DNA of 48,058 bases. Source: a virus. Its lineage: Duplodnaviria; Caudoviricetes. The stretch is from positions 1-48,058 of IMG/VR virus record IMGVR_UViG_3300049926_000003. One strand, 5' to 3'. The notes under the pieces were generated by a model. It ran no database searches, was not told where the DNA came from, and saw only the letters and a program-made list of their open reading frames with translations. A program made the translations under genes and the position numbers. This document shows, in pieces, positions 6,669-15,457 of the stretch (position 1 is the first letter of the stretch; each line of letters begins with the position of its first letter).

Positions 6669-7313
6669 GTGACTGCCAAGAAAACAACCCCGAAAGTCAA
6701 AGCCGCCGTCCCTTCCAAGGTCATCCGTCGTCTTTCGTCTGTCTGTCTTATCAACTCGGTGTCATTCATAGCACTCGGTGACGAGGCCAAGACGAAACTC
6801 CTAGCCGAGGCGGCGGGTCTTCCTATCGAGTTCACTGACTTCGCCCAGATGACGGATAAGAAGGCCATTCGTGAAGGACTTCTGGCAGGACATGACGTCG
6901 AACGGCGGCTTGAATTCAACGGCATCATACTCAATGATGTCGAGCGGGCGGCAATCAAGGCGGTCAATCCGATCTTGGAAAAGATCAACGGCATTGGCCC
7001 GAACTATTCTTGGGCCGCTAAGTTTGAAAACTCAGGAGGCAACATTAACTGTGGAGCCATGAGAGTAAGGCGGGGGGGACACACAGTTGGTAAGAAAACA
7101 GCAGAAGCAGTCTGGAAACGGGCGTCGCGGCATTGGTCTGGTGGGCCAGCAGGTTTTACCTTCAGCATCAAGGCAGACGGATCGGGTTATAATAACAGAA
7201 CGGTCTCAATTGACAAAAATTCCGTGACCATCGGCTGTCAAACAATTCCTCGCGCGGAGGTTGAATACATCGCCCGTCACTATGGATGGGAGCCGAATGT
7301 ATTCGTCGGTTGA
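6669..7313 (+). CDS. Hypothetical protein
   Basis: GTG start after AGGAG SD. Confidence 0.75.
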   Translation: MTAKKTTPKVKAAVPSKVIRRLSSVCLINSVSFIALGDEAKTKLLAEAAGLPIEFTDFAQMTDKKAIREGLLAGHDVERRLEFNGIILNDVERAAIKAVNPILEKINGIGPNYSWAAKFENSGGNINCGAMRVRRGGHTVGKKTAEAVWKRASRHWSGGPAGFTFSIKADGSGYNNRTVSIDKNSVTIGCQTIPRAEVEYIARHYGWEPNVFVG

Positions 7314-7333
7314 GTTCAACAAGGAGAGTGAAG

Positions 7334-7711
7334 ATGAATATCAATGAAAAGGTTGCCGAGCGTCTGACTTCTGTCGCTCCTGTCGTCGAGGATCGGATCG
7401 TCGATCTCCTCGCCGAGAAGGAAATCAGTCGTCGGGTCGAGATCATTACGCAGGGTCTCGCCCGTCTCGAAGAAATGGACAAGCAGAGCCGTCGCTTTGA
7501 ACGTCCCGATGTCGAGACGTTTACGGCGGACGGCGCGGCGGCACCGGCTGTCTTCTCGAAGGCTCGGTTCGAGGAGAAGAACAAACACGCCGACGGTATC
7601 GCCAAGCTCACGGCGTCGATCGACAAGGCCCTCGACGGCGATACTTCCGAGCTCGCCAAAATACTTCAGCAGAAGGGCGGCAAGGGGGGTGACAAGGGCG
7701 ACGACGAATGA
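7334..7711 (+). CDS. Hypothetical helical protein
   Basis: AAGGAG SD; charged helical composition. Confidence 0.75.
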   Translation: MNINEKVAERLTSVAPVVEDRIVDLLAEKEISRRVEIITQGLARLEEMDKQSRRFERPDVETFTADGAAAPAVFSKARFEEKNKHADGIAKLTASIDKALDGDTSELAKILQQKGGKGGDKGDDE

Positions 7712-7965
7712 CCGTCGCTTCGCTCCGGGCTAAAGTAGAAGCCCGCGTTCAAGGCGGGATTGTCTTGGCTCTGTTCAACAGGGCTAAGGCAGTCCATGCC
7801 AAGAGGGCGTGGCGTCATTGCCCCTGTGACTATTGTGTCGTTAAGCGTAGGTTCACGGAAAGTCTGTCATTGACTCCTCTCCATATACCGAGAGAGGACA
7901 GAGAGTTCATCCGTGAGACGAGACGGGTATTCAGCCGAGAAAGATTGGCTGAGGAATTCCAATAG
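7708..7965 (+). CDS. Hypothetical protein with CPCDYC motif
   Basis: ATGA overlap with the preceding gene. Confidence 0.6.
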   Translation: MTVASLRAKVEARVQGGIVLALFNRAKAVHAKRAWRHCPCDYCVVKRRFTESLSLTPLHIPREDREFIRETRRVFSRERLAEEFQ

Positions 7966-8356
7966 CATTGCATCTGTCATGGTCGTTTAAGAAGGGGTTC
8001 AACTCCCCTCGCCTCTGGACCGTCATTCGGTGTCCAACGGTAGTGTCTGGCAATGTCGGTGGGCGGTAAGGAAGAACCTTAATGTCGGGCCCCGATCCGA
8101 CACCCACCGTAAGTCATCCAGCCTATTACGCCCCGCGCCCCTTAACTCACTCAACGAGAGTGGGCCAGCGTCTTCCACACATGACGGCCTAATCCGCCGC
8201 CCGGAACGACAAGGTTGGGAAAGGGAAACGCAGAGGTCGTTGCAGATGCAGTATGCCGTAGCCCTGCTCTTTGTGGGGGACGGCTCCGCCGATTAGCACT
8301 CGGCACCGGGGTAGGGGGGAGAGCAGGCTCTTTTCGAGAAGCCCTTCCCCCTATCT
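7965..8356 (+). ncRNA. Candidate large structured non-coding RNA
   Basis: ~430 bp gap without a credible ORF; nested helices, canonical T-arm AGGGG-TTCAACT-CCCCT, two 3' hairpins. Confidence 0.6.
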
Positions 8357-8361
8357 AACCT

Positions 8362-8377
8362 TGGCCAGTGCTGGCCA
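8362..8377. repeat. Palindromic motif copy 6
   Basis: Exact; 20 bp upstream of the first gene of the amide-ligase operon. Confidence 0.9.
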
Positions 8378-8397
8378 ATTCCCTTTCAGGAGATGTC

Positions 8398-8553
8398 ATG
8401 TCCCGCAAGAAAGCATCAGTCTGGATACTAGAGAGCGCGAAATACGCAATCTGGTGGGACAGACCGCAAGAGGCTCGACAACTCCTCATGAGAGTCGCCG
8501 AACGAGAAGTCATCGAATACAAAGAGGAGAAGATCAATGGGCAAGGCCGGTAA
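8398..8553 (+). CDS. Small hypothetical protein, 51 aa
   Basis: AGGAG SD; overlaps the start of the next gene. Confidence 0.6.
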   Translation: MSRKKASVWILESAKYAIWWDRPQEARQLLMRVAEREVIEYKEEKINGQGR

Positions 8554-9946
8554 CTCCCGTCGCAAGGCCGCGAAGAAGGCACCGTCTTCAAAGGTCACTG
8601 TCGGTTCATTCGACCCCGTGACAGGGGAGATATTCGATATCGACGGCAACGAGGTATCGGCGGCGTATGCCGGGCCCACCCTATTCGACGGGGAAGAGCG
8701 GGGCTCACCCGTCATGGAGACGGAGTGGGAGCGGGCGAGACGGGCAGGACAGGATGTCCTCAGACGGAATATCCAAGACGCCCTCGACGCCGAGGCCCTT
8801 GAATACGAGGAGAAAGTCCTCGGCAAGCGCGGCCTCCCCGACGGCGTGGCACCACAGATCATCCTCGATCATCTAGGGCATGTCATGCCTGAAATCCGAG
8901 ACAGACTGAAAGGAAAGAATATGCCTGTCCCCGCAGGAACGATTGACATCCCCAGTGTCCCCAAGCCTCTAGACTTTAAGCCGGGGGATTACAAAGATAG
9001 GAATGTCATCCTTCTCGGTGCCCCGAAGTCAGGCCGGGCGGATGACATTGCAATGAGGGCACGGCATAAGGTAACGCTTATGCGGGACCACATGCTGAAG
9101 TTCCCGACGCTCTGCCTTTCAATCCATGTCGAAGGTCCGTCGTGGGAAGAACCGGCTTTCGCCAAGCTATTCGCCAGAGCAGGCTGCCAGCGGGCAGACA
9201 GTCTCATGGAAGCCGATCTCGTTATCTTCACAGGAGGTGTCGATGTCGATCCGCAACTATACGGGGAAGTCCCTCACCCCAAGACGCATATTGATCCCGA
9301 ACGAGACACCAGTGATATCAACGCTTATATGCGGTGCCTTGATAATGGCATCCCGATGCTCGGTATCTGTCGTGGGGCCCAGTTTCTCCATGTCATGAAC
9401 GGCGGCAAGCTCTACCAAGATATCGACGGGCATACCGGGGACCATAATATGTGGGACCTCCAAGGTAAGATCATGATCGAGAATGTCTCGTCGGTCCATC
9501 ATCAGTCTGTCATCCCGAATATATCGGAGGGGATGAAGATCATCGCGACGACCCGTAAGTCGACGCAGCGGTGGAGAAATCCCACTGACTGCAACACTAC
9601 AGGCAAGATCGATGTCGAGGCGTTCTTCTATCCCGAGACATGCGTCATCGGTATCCAAGGGCATCCGGAGTATTCCGGCTACTCTGCCTTCGCGCGATGG
9701 ACATTAGAGCTAATCGACCAGCTCGTCGTCACCAACCCCGATATCGACTGGGTAGGAGGTCATCGCAGGATCAAGCCAGAGCTCCTAGCTGAAAGGCAAG
9801 GAGTCATCCAAGCATCTATCATACCACCGGCAATCAACGTGACACCGCCGGAGAAGTCACCCGCGAAGCTCGCTGATACGCCAGAGGCTAAGCCCCCACG
9901 GAAGAAGCTCACGGTGCCCGCTGCGAGCAAGAAGGAGTCGAAGTAA
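8537..9946 (+). CDS. Class I glutamine amidotransferase / peptidase C26 (PuuD-like gamma-glutamyl hydrolase) with long N-terminal extension
   Basis: TGGVDVDPQLYGE, LGICRGAQ (nucleophile Cys), S.HHQ, GIQGHPE (His-Glu). Confidence 0.9.
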   Translation: MGKAGNSRRKAAKKAPSSKVTVGSFDPVTGEIFDIDGNEVSAAYAGPTLFDGEERGSPVMETEWERARRAGQDVLRRNIQDALDAEALEYEEKVLGKRGLPDGVAPQIILDHLGHVMPEIRDRLKGKNMPVPAGTIDIPSVPKPLDFKPGDYKDRNVILLGAPKSGRADDIAMRARHKVTLMRDHMLKFPTLCLSIHVEGPSWEEPAFAKLFARAGCQRADSLMEADLVIFTGGVDVDPQLYGEVPHPKTHIDPERDTSDINAYMRCLDNGIPMLGICRGAQFLHVMNGGKLYQDIDGHTGDHNMWDLQGKIMIENVSSVHHQSVIPNISEGMKIIATTRKSTQRWRNPTDCNTTGKIDVEAFFYPETCVIGIQGHPEYSGYSAFARWTLELIDQLVVTNPDIDWVGGHRRIKPELLAERQGVIQASIIPPAINVTPPEKSPAKLADTPEAKPPRKKLTVPAASKKESK

Positions 9947-11175
9947 TGTGCGGTCTCGTAGGCATCGTAGGCGATCTCGCCTATAAAGACGAAGCTACCA
10001 TGCAAAGGCTGCTTCTGTTCGATTATATTCGCGGGACTGACGCGACTGGTTTGGCCGTGATCCGCAACACCGGAGAGACCTTTCTCGCCAAGACGAACAG
10101 CCATCCCATTGATCTGTTCGACATGGGTCGTTTCAAGACGGCCCTCAACGGCAACAACTCGAAGGTCTTTATCGGGCATAATCGCGCGGCGACCTCGGGG
10201 GATAAGTCGTCTAGCAGTGCCCATCCGTTTATGTGTGACCATATCATCGGGGCACACAACGGGACTCTCGAATACCGGACTTTCCGGAAGCTCGAAGAAG
10301 CCCTCGGCGAGACATTCTCCGTCGATAGCAACGCCCTCATGGCGGCTATTGCGAAGTTCGGCATCGACAAGACGGTCAAGATGCTCGAAGACGGCAAGAC
10401 CTTCGAGAAGGGAGCGTGGTCTCTTGTCTGGTATGACATGAACGACGGAACCTTCAACATGCTCAGAAACAAATGGCGACCGATGTGGTATGCCTTTGAA
10501 GAGGGCTTCAAGAAGATGTTCTTTGCTTCCGAATGGTGGATGATCGACGCCGCCATGAGGTCAAGCGTCAACGGCTACAAGCTCCATATCGAGCACGAGA
10601 AGGACGCCGATGGAACTGAACAGGCGTATCGCTTCTTCCAGACATCGGAGAACATCCATTACAAATTCGACGTCGATGCTCTGAAGAAAGGCAGCGACAA
10701 GCGACCTAAGCCCAAAGCGAGGTCCCTCGCCGCTCCTGTTCCGAAGGAGCCTGAGCCGGAGGCCCGCGACCCTTTCGGGCGAGAATACCCGATTGGATTT
10801 GGCCCGGTCCCGAGTGGCAAAACGACGAACATCGAACTTCTCCCTACAGCGAACCAGAACACGGGGACCCGGCATTCTGGTGGGAAGCGATCGCGGACCC
10901 ATCCGAACGAACCGAAGAAAATAGCAGTTATCCACCTTTTGGGTGATATCGGCAAGCCTTATGCAGGCTATGTCCCCTACGAGAAGTTCGAGGCCGTCGC
11001 TCGTCATGGCTGCAATTGGTGCCAGAAGAAGGTCCCGTATGGGACGAAGGGCGTCACTATCTACGAGAAGTGCGACACCTTCCTCTGTCCTGAGTGTTCG
11101 GGATATTCCCCGGCGACTGAAAACCCCGAGACCCGTGTCGTGATTGAAAGCTCGACTATGGACAAGCTTGCTTAG
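9946..11175 (+). CDS. Class II (Ntn) glutamine amidotransferase with C-terminal Zn ribbon
   Basis: MCGLVG, RG.DATG, GHNRAAT, AHPF, HNGTL; CNWC...CPEC. Confidence 0.92.
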   Translation: MCGLVGIVGDLAYKDEATMQRLLLFDYIRGTDATGLAVIRNTGETFLAKTNSHPIDLFDMGRFKTALNGNNSKVFIGHNRAATSGDKSSSSAHPFMCDHIIGAHNGTLEYRTFRKLEEALGETFSVDSNALMAAIAKFGIDKTVKMLEDGKTFEKGAWSLVWYDMNDGTFNMLRNKWRPMWYAFEEGFKKMFFASEWWMIDAAMRSSVNGYKLHIEHEKDADGTEQAYRFFQTSENIHYKFDVDALKKGSDKRPKPKARSLAAPVPKEPEPEARDPFGREYPIGFGPVPSGKTTNIELLPTANQNTGTRHSGGKRSRTHPNEPKKIAVIHLLGDIGKPYAGYVPYEKFEAVARHGCNWCQKKVPYGTKGVTIYEKCDTFLCPECSGYSPATENPETRVVIESSTMDKLA

Positions 11176-11184
11176 GAGAGGCCC

Positions 11185-12138
11185 GTGCCGACATTTGAAC
11201 AAAGCTTGGAAGCCATTGCTGCTCTAGATGAGGTAGCCAAGGCTTTCGATCCATTCACCAGAAGACTAGTAAGAAAGGAACGAGAAGTGGCAGTTCCGTT
11301 GCCCGGCAGAGAAGGCTTTACCTTCGGCTGCGATCCCGAGTTATTCGTCAAGAACGCCAAGGGCGTCCATGTCTCCGCCGCCGGACTCATTCCGGGGACG
11401 AAGGAAAGCCCTCATGCCGTCGAATTCGGTGCCGTTCAAGTCGATGGAATGGCAGCGGAATTCAACATCGAACCCGTTGACAATTTCAAGGACTGGAACC
11501 ACCATATCGAGAAGGTCATGGAGCAACTTGGAGCGATGCTCCCGAAGGGTTATACCCTCGACGCCGTTCCGTCCGTGACCTTTGACAAGAAAGTCTTCGA
11601 TAAGGCCCCGGACGAAGCGAGGCAACTCGGCTGCTCGCCTGACTTCGACGCATGGACGGGGGATGTCAATCCGCCGCCGCATGACCCTGATAACCCTTGT
11701 CTCCGCTGTGCCGGGGGACATATCCATGTCGGTTGGAGAAAAACCGGCGATATCGATCTTCAGCATGTCATGGCTTGCCGTGACTTCGGGAAGCAGCTCG
11801 ATTGGTTCCTCGGCGGGTGGGCCTTGAAGATGGACCAAGACGCCCTTCGTCGCCGTCTCTACGGGAAGGCCGGGTCCATCCGATACAAGGAATACGGGAT
11901 GGAGTATCGTGTCTTATCGAACTTCTGGGTGACGACAAGAGATCGAAGGCTCGCTGTGTGGAACCGTCTCATTGAGGCGATCAACATGATGCAGTCGAAG
12001 GCCGTCTCGGACAGCATCGCCAAGAAGAACCATGATCTTCTTCAGATATCAATTAACAATTCGGAGATGGATGCGACGCTTCTGCGAACCTTCCGGTATC
12101 CTCTGATGACCATAGACCAGAATTACCGCCAGTTCTAA
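11185..12138 (+). CDS. phiEco32-like COOH-NH2 ligase type 2
   Basis: GCDPELF, QVDGMAAEFNI, GCSPDFDAW, RCAGGHIHVG, RRRLYGKAG, EYRVLSNFW. Confidence 0.9.
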   Translation: MPTFEQSLEAIAALDEVAKAFDPFTRRLVRKEREVAVPLPGREGFTFGCDPELFVKNAKGVHVSAAGLIPGTKESPHAVEFGAVQVDGMAAEFNIEPVDNFKDWNHHIEKVMEQLGAMLPKGYTLDAVPSVTFDKKVFDKAPDEARQLGCSPDFDAWTGDVNPPPHDPDNPCLRCAGGHIHVGWRKTGDIDLQHVMACRDFGKQLDWFLGGWALKMDQDALRRRLYGKAGSIRYKEYGMEYRVLSNFWVTTRDRRLAVWNRLIEAINMMQSKAVSDSIAKKNHDLLQISINNSEMDATLLRTFRYPLMTIDQNYRQF

Positions 12139-12150
12139 TCGGAGCATGTC

Positions 12151-12906
12151 ATGCAACATCCTAATTTCTATGAAAGCCTAGACGAGGCAATTATTCGTCT
12201 CCTCAGGACCGTCGTGTTGTATGACGGAGAACCGTTTTATGTCCTAGCGTTGGCCAATCACATGACGGACAACATCATTAGGATTTATCTCGATCCTATC
12301 GGTGTCAAGGAAAAACGGAGGTCGCTCCCGGAACTCGATAACTACCAACCGAATAGTGCCTCGGTGGGACCGTTGCTCGACGCCTATATGGAAACAGAGG
12401 CCGGGAAGAAGGCCGGGTTGCTACGGAAGCAACTGAATTCGCCGCTATTCCAGAAATTCCGACCGTTTCCTCTGGGGATGTGTAATACCAAGACTGGGGC
12501 GGTCTATCTCGAACGGCAGCCGCAGCGTCAGACACAGCAAGGGCTGATGCGGAACATGGTTCTTGAACATCGGATTTCTCTTGACAATAGCTCAAGCAAG
12601 GGGTATGGTCCGAATGTCAGTCTCTTCGGAGAAGAGTTCAAGGCGTGTGTCATGGGGGACTACCCGTCGCCCCAGACCGTCTTCAAGGCTCTGCTCGACC
12701 CATCCGTAGCGAATAACTCCCTCGGCTTCCATCGACACTTCGCCTTGGTCCGAGGGCCGATTGATATGCTATTCCTCGCCTATAAGCAGGATGTCGTCGG
12801 TGTCTTGCCTGTCGGCGACTTCTCAATGCTCAGGCTAGGTCGTAAATTCCAGCATGTCCGAGAGGCAGTATTTGAACTCGGGCTATTTTCCAGCATCGTA
12901 ATGTGA
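12151..12906 (+). CDS. Conserved hypothetical protein of the amide-ligase cluster
   Basis: Position between the ligases; LGMCN, YL.R.P.R...QG, YPS, FHRHFAL pattern. Confidence 0.8.
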   Translation: MQHPNFYESLDEAIIRLLRTVVLYDGEPFYVLALANHMTDNIIRIYLDPIGVKEKRRSLPELDNYQPNSASVGPLLDAYMETEAGKKAGLLRKQLNSPLFQKFRPFPLGMCNTKTGAVYLERQPQRQTQQGLMRNMVLEHRISLDNSSSKGYGPNVSLFGEEFKACVMGDYPSPQTVFKALLDPSVANNSLGFHRHFALVRGPIDMLFLAYKQDVVGVLPVGDFSMLRLGRKFQHVREAVFELGLFSSIVM

Positions 12907-12915
12907 GGAAGTGAA

Positions 12916-14067
12916 ATGTTTGACCCTATCATCAAGAACAAAGACGAGAACGAACCGGGGTTTAACATGGGAGTAATTCTCAGCCGATCTGAGACTAAGG
13001 GTGTCGTCGGCATCGAGATCGAGATCGAGGGGAAGAAACTCCCCAAGAGCGACGAGACCCCGCCGCCGTGGACTTACACCGTCGATCATTCTCTGCGGGG
13101 AGAGGAGAGCGGGGAATATGTCCTCGGCAAACCGATTGAGTTCGATGGCGTCGAACCGGCACTGAAGAAGCTCTGGTCTAAGTTCGGCAAGATGGGAACG
13201 GAGTTCGATGACTCGAACAGGACTAGCGTCCATGTCCATCTGAACTGTCAGAGCTTCTTCCTCAACCGGCTGACATCATTGGCGGCGTTGTATTTCATTG
13301 TCGAGGAATGTCTCACGGAATGGTGTGGGGACCATCGTGTCGGCAATCTCTTTTGCCTTCGGGCAAAGGACGCACCCGGCATCATCTCGCAGATGAAGAC
13401 TTTCATCAAGTATGAGGGGGCTATCCCCCTCAACGAGCAGTCTCTACATTACGCCGGGCTGAATGCCGCAGCCCTCATGAAATACGGCTCAATGGAAATT
13501 CGATCATTGAGGGGTTGTTCCGATCCCGGGACGATCCTATCTTGGATCAAGACGCTTCAGCGATTGTATGAGTTGTCCGCTGAATTCACCGATCCGCGCG
13601 ATATCTGTGCCCGTTTCTCGGCGGAAGGGCCTCTGTCGTTCTTCTCGACTATTCTCGGGGACATGGCTCCGGTTATCCGAGAGGGTATCCCCTTCAACGA
13701 CAGCAAGATCAGAGACAGTATGTTCGAGGGCATTCGCCTCGCCCAAGATATCTGTTACTGTCGCAACTGGGAAAAATATCAGGCCGTTGACTTCAAGGCC
13801 GACCCCTTCGGGCGAGACCCCCGGAAGCTCATAAAGAAGCTAGGCTTAGGAACACCTCCGGCACCTCCGGGAGCACAGGCGGCTTACTATGAACCGGAAC
13901 CGGAATATGACGGTCCTGACGATGAAGCGGAAGGCGGCGTAGAACTTACTATGGCTGCTATGAACCAAGCCTCGCCGCAAATAGTCATGAATACGGCAGC
14001 AATGCCAACGCCGGTAATGCCAACCCTTAACCCCGGGCCTCCCGGCACTGTTGAATGGTGGAATTAA
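12916..14067 (+). CDS. Putative amidoligase (glutamine-synthetase-like COOH-NH2 ligase, Amidoligase_2 type)
   Basis: GIEIEIEG, DHSLRG, EYV, TSVHVHLN, YAGLN, EIRSLRG. Confidence 0.88.
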   Translation: MFDPIIKNKDENEPGFNMGVILSRSETKGVVGIEIEIEGKKLPKSDETPPPWTYTVDHSLRGEESGEYVLGKPIEFDGVEPALKKLWSKFGKMGTEFDDSNRTSVHVHLNCQSFFLNRLTSLAALYFIVEECLTEWCGDHRVGNLFCLRAKDAPGIISQMKTFIKYEGAIPLNEQSLHYAGLNAAALMKYGSMEIRSLRGCSDPGTILSWIKTLQRLYELSAEFTDPRDICARFSAEGPLSFFSTILGDMAPVIREGIPFNDSKIRDSMFEGIRLAQDICYCRNWEKYQAVDFKADPFGRDPRKLIKKLGLGTPPAPPGAQAAYYEPEPEYDGPDDEAEGGVELTMAAMNQASPQIVMNTAAMPTPVMPTLNPGPPGTVEWWN

Positions 14068-14082
14068 ACAAGGAGAGAGAAG

Positions 14083-14949
14083 ATGTCTGAATTCTATATC
14101 TACCCGTATATCCAAGCTTCTGAAGGGGCCAAGGCCCTAGCAGAGGAGCTCGACGGGAAGCGTATCCTCCGCGAGGGTAGCAAGTATCGCAACAAGAAGG
14201 GCGACGTCATCATCAACTGGGGGGCGAGTGATTGCCCGTATCCCAACGCCCTCAACGCCGATATCCGGGCGACGATTGACAAGGCTGTATTCTTCAAGCG
14301 GCTCGCCGGACGGGGACTCACGCCGAAGTTCACTGACACCAAGGCTGCGGCCCTCGGTGCCCTGTCGTTCCCGATCTTCTGCCGGACCCTGACGCAGGGA
14401 CACGACGGGGAGGGTATCGTTGTCGCCGACAATGCCGACCAGATCGTCCCGGCGAAGCTCTATGTCGAGGGCATCAACAAGACGAGCGAGTATCGCATCC
14501 ATGTCGGGCGGCTTACTGACGGAACGACATCTATCATAGGAAGCCAGAAGAAGGTCCACGAGAACATCGAGGGCACAGACTCTCGTGTGTGGGTCGGCGA
14601 AAGCACCCGCTTCATCTGGAAGGTCGACGGATTGCCGGTGGTAGTGCCGACGAAGGTCATGGATGTCGTCAAGGAAGTCTTTACTTTCTTCCCTGAACTA
14701 ACCTTCGGGGCGTTCGATGTCGTCTATGACAGCGTGGCCCAGAGGGCATATGTCATCGAGATCAATTCCGCACCGATGAAGTCGCCGGAGACTACCCGTC
14801 GATACGGGGAGTTCTTCAAGAAGGTCGCTCCGCCGAAGCCCTCGCTGACTATCAAGGGGGCTCTCGAAGTCGCCCTGACGCTGTTCGGCAGCCAGAATTC
14901 CCAGTGGAAGACCGAGGCCGAGGCCGCCATTGCCGAAGGAGTATTATAA
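14083..14949 (+). CDS. ATP-grasp ligase (RimK-like)
   Basis: IINWG, GHDGEGIVV, EYRIHV, FGAFDV, VIEINSAP. Confidence 0.88.
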   Translation: MSEFYIYPYIQASEGAKALAEELDGKRILREGSKYRNKKGDVIINWGASDCPYPNALNADIRATIDKAVFFKRLAGRGLTPKFTDTKAAALGALSFPIFCRTLTQGHDGEGIVVADNADQIVPAKLYVEGINKTSEYRIHVGRLTDGTTSIIGSQKKVHENIEGTDSRVWVGESTRFIWKVDGLPVVVPTKVMDVVKEVFTFFPELTFGAFDVVYDSVAQRAYVIEINSAPMKSPETTRRYGEFFKKVAPPKPSLTIKGALEVALTLFGSQNSQWKTEAEAAIAEGVL

Positions 14950-15149
14950 TGGGCATCACTAGACATTGTGTCCAAGATAAGACAGTCTGGCACGACTGGT
15001 ATGCTTGGCGTCCGGTGAGATTTGGCACTGAACCCAAGAATGGAAGGATTTGCTGGAAACGGGCTTACCGCTGTGTTATTCAGCGACGACTCGTCTATTC
15101 TTATGGAGATGCCGATTGGGAATATAGGGAGAAGCCCGATGAAAGTTGA
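14949..15149 (+). CDS. Small Trp-rich hypothetical protein
   Basis: TAATG coupling; WHDWYAWRPV motif. Confidence 0.65.
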   Translation: MGITRHCVQDKTVWHDWYAWRPVRFGTEPKNGRICWKRAYRCVIQRRLVYSYGDADWEYREKPDES

Positions 15150-15234
15150 TGACATCCTCTTTCGCGTGTGGCTCCTGATGACTACCATCGCAGGCGTCAT
15201 AGTCATCTGGGAGATCATGCATGTCAAGTGCTAA
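15139..15234 (+). CDS. Small single-TM protein, 31 aa
   Basis: GGGAG SD; hydrophobic stretch. Confidence 0.45.
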   Translation: MKVDDILFRVWLLMTTIAGVIVIWEIMHVKC

Positions 15235-15394
15235 GCCAGATATGGAGAGATACAGGCCGAGCCGACAACTCGGTCTGTGTCCCTGCGGCTGTGGCAGCAG
15301 CAAGGTCCATACCGCCCGTATCACTGGTGGAAATGATATGGAGATGGTAGCCTGCCAGAGGTTCTTCAACGCCGTTTGGGCTGGCGAAAAGTAA
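15221..15394 (+). CDS. Small Cys-rich protein, 57 aa (CPCGCG)
   Basis: ATG 15221 to TAA 15394 read manually; GGGAG SD. Confidence 0.5.
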   Translation: MSSAKPDMERYRPSRQLGLCPCGCGSSKVHTARITGGNDMEMVACQRFFNAVWAGEK

Positions 15395-15457
15395 ACAAGT
15401 ATCGAGCGGGCGAGACGTAAGATAACTCGCCATAGAAAAAGAAGTGGAAAACCCACC

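Noticed and set aside
7993-8016. Canonical tRNA or tmRNA
   Set aside because: A T-arm is present but there is no upstream acceptor/D/anticodon arm, no CCA and no tag reading frame. Kept only as part of the ncRNA candidate.
8030-8296. 88-aa ORF inside the structured region
   Set aside because: GTG start without SD and atypical composition; the extensive pairing is better explained as RNA structure.
8293-8301. CIRCE (HrcA) element TTAGCACTC
   Set aside because: Only the left half-site; no GAGTGCTAA after 9 nt. A lone 9-mer is plausible by chance.
151-8377. Repeated palindrome as a CRISPR array or sigma54 promoter
   Set aside because: Spacing is irregular (150 bp to 3.6 kb). GG-to-GC spacing is N9 rather than the N10 that sigma54 requires.
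9002-9045. Adenylate-kinase-like P-loop VILLGAPKSGR in the GATase extension
   Set aside because: Lacks GK[ST] and any following kinase domain.
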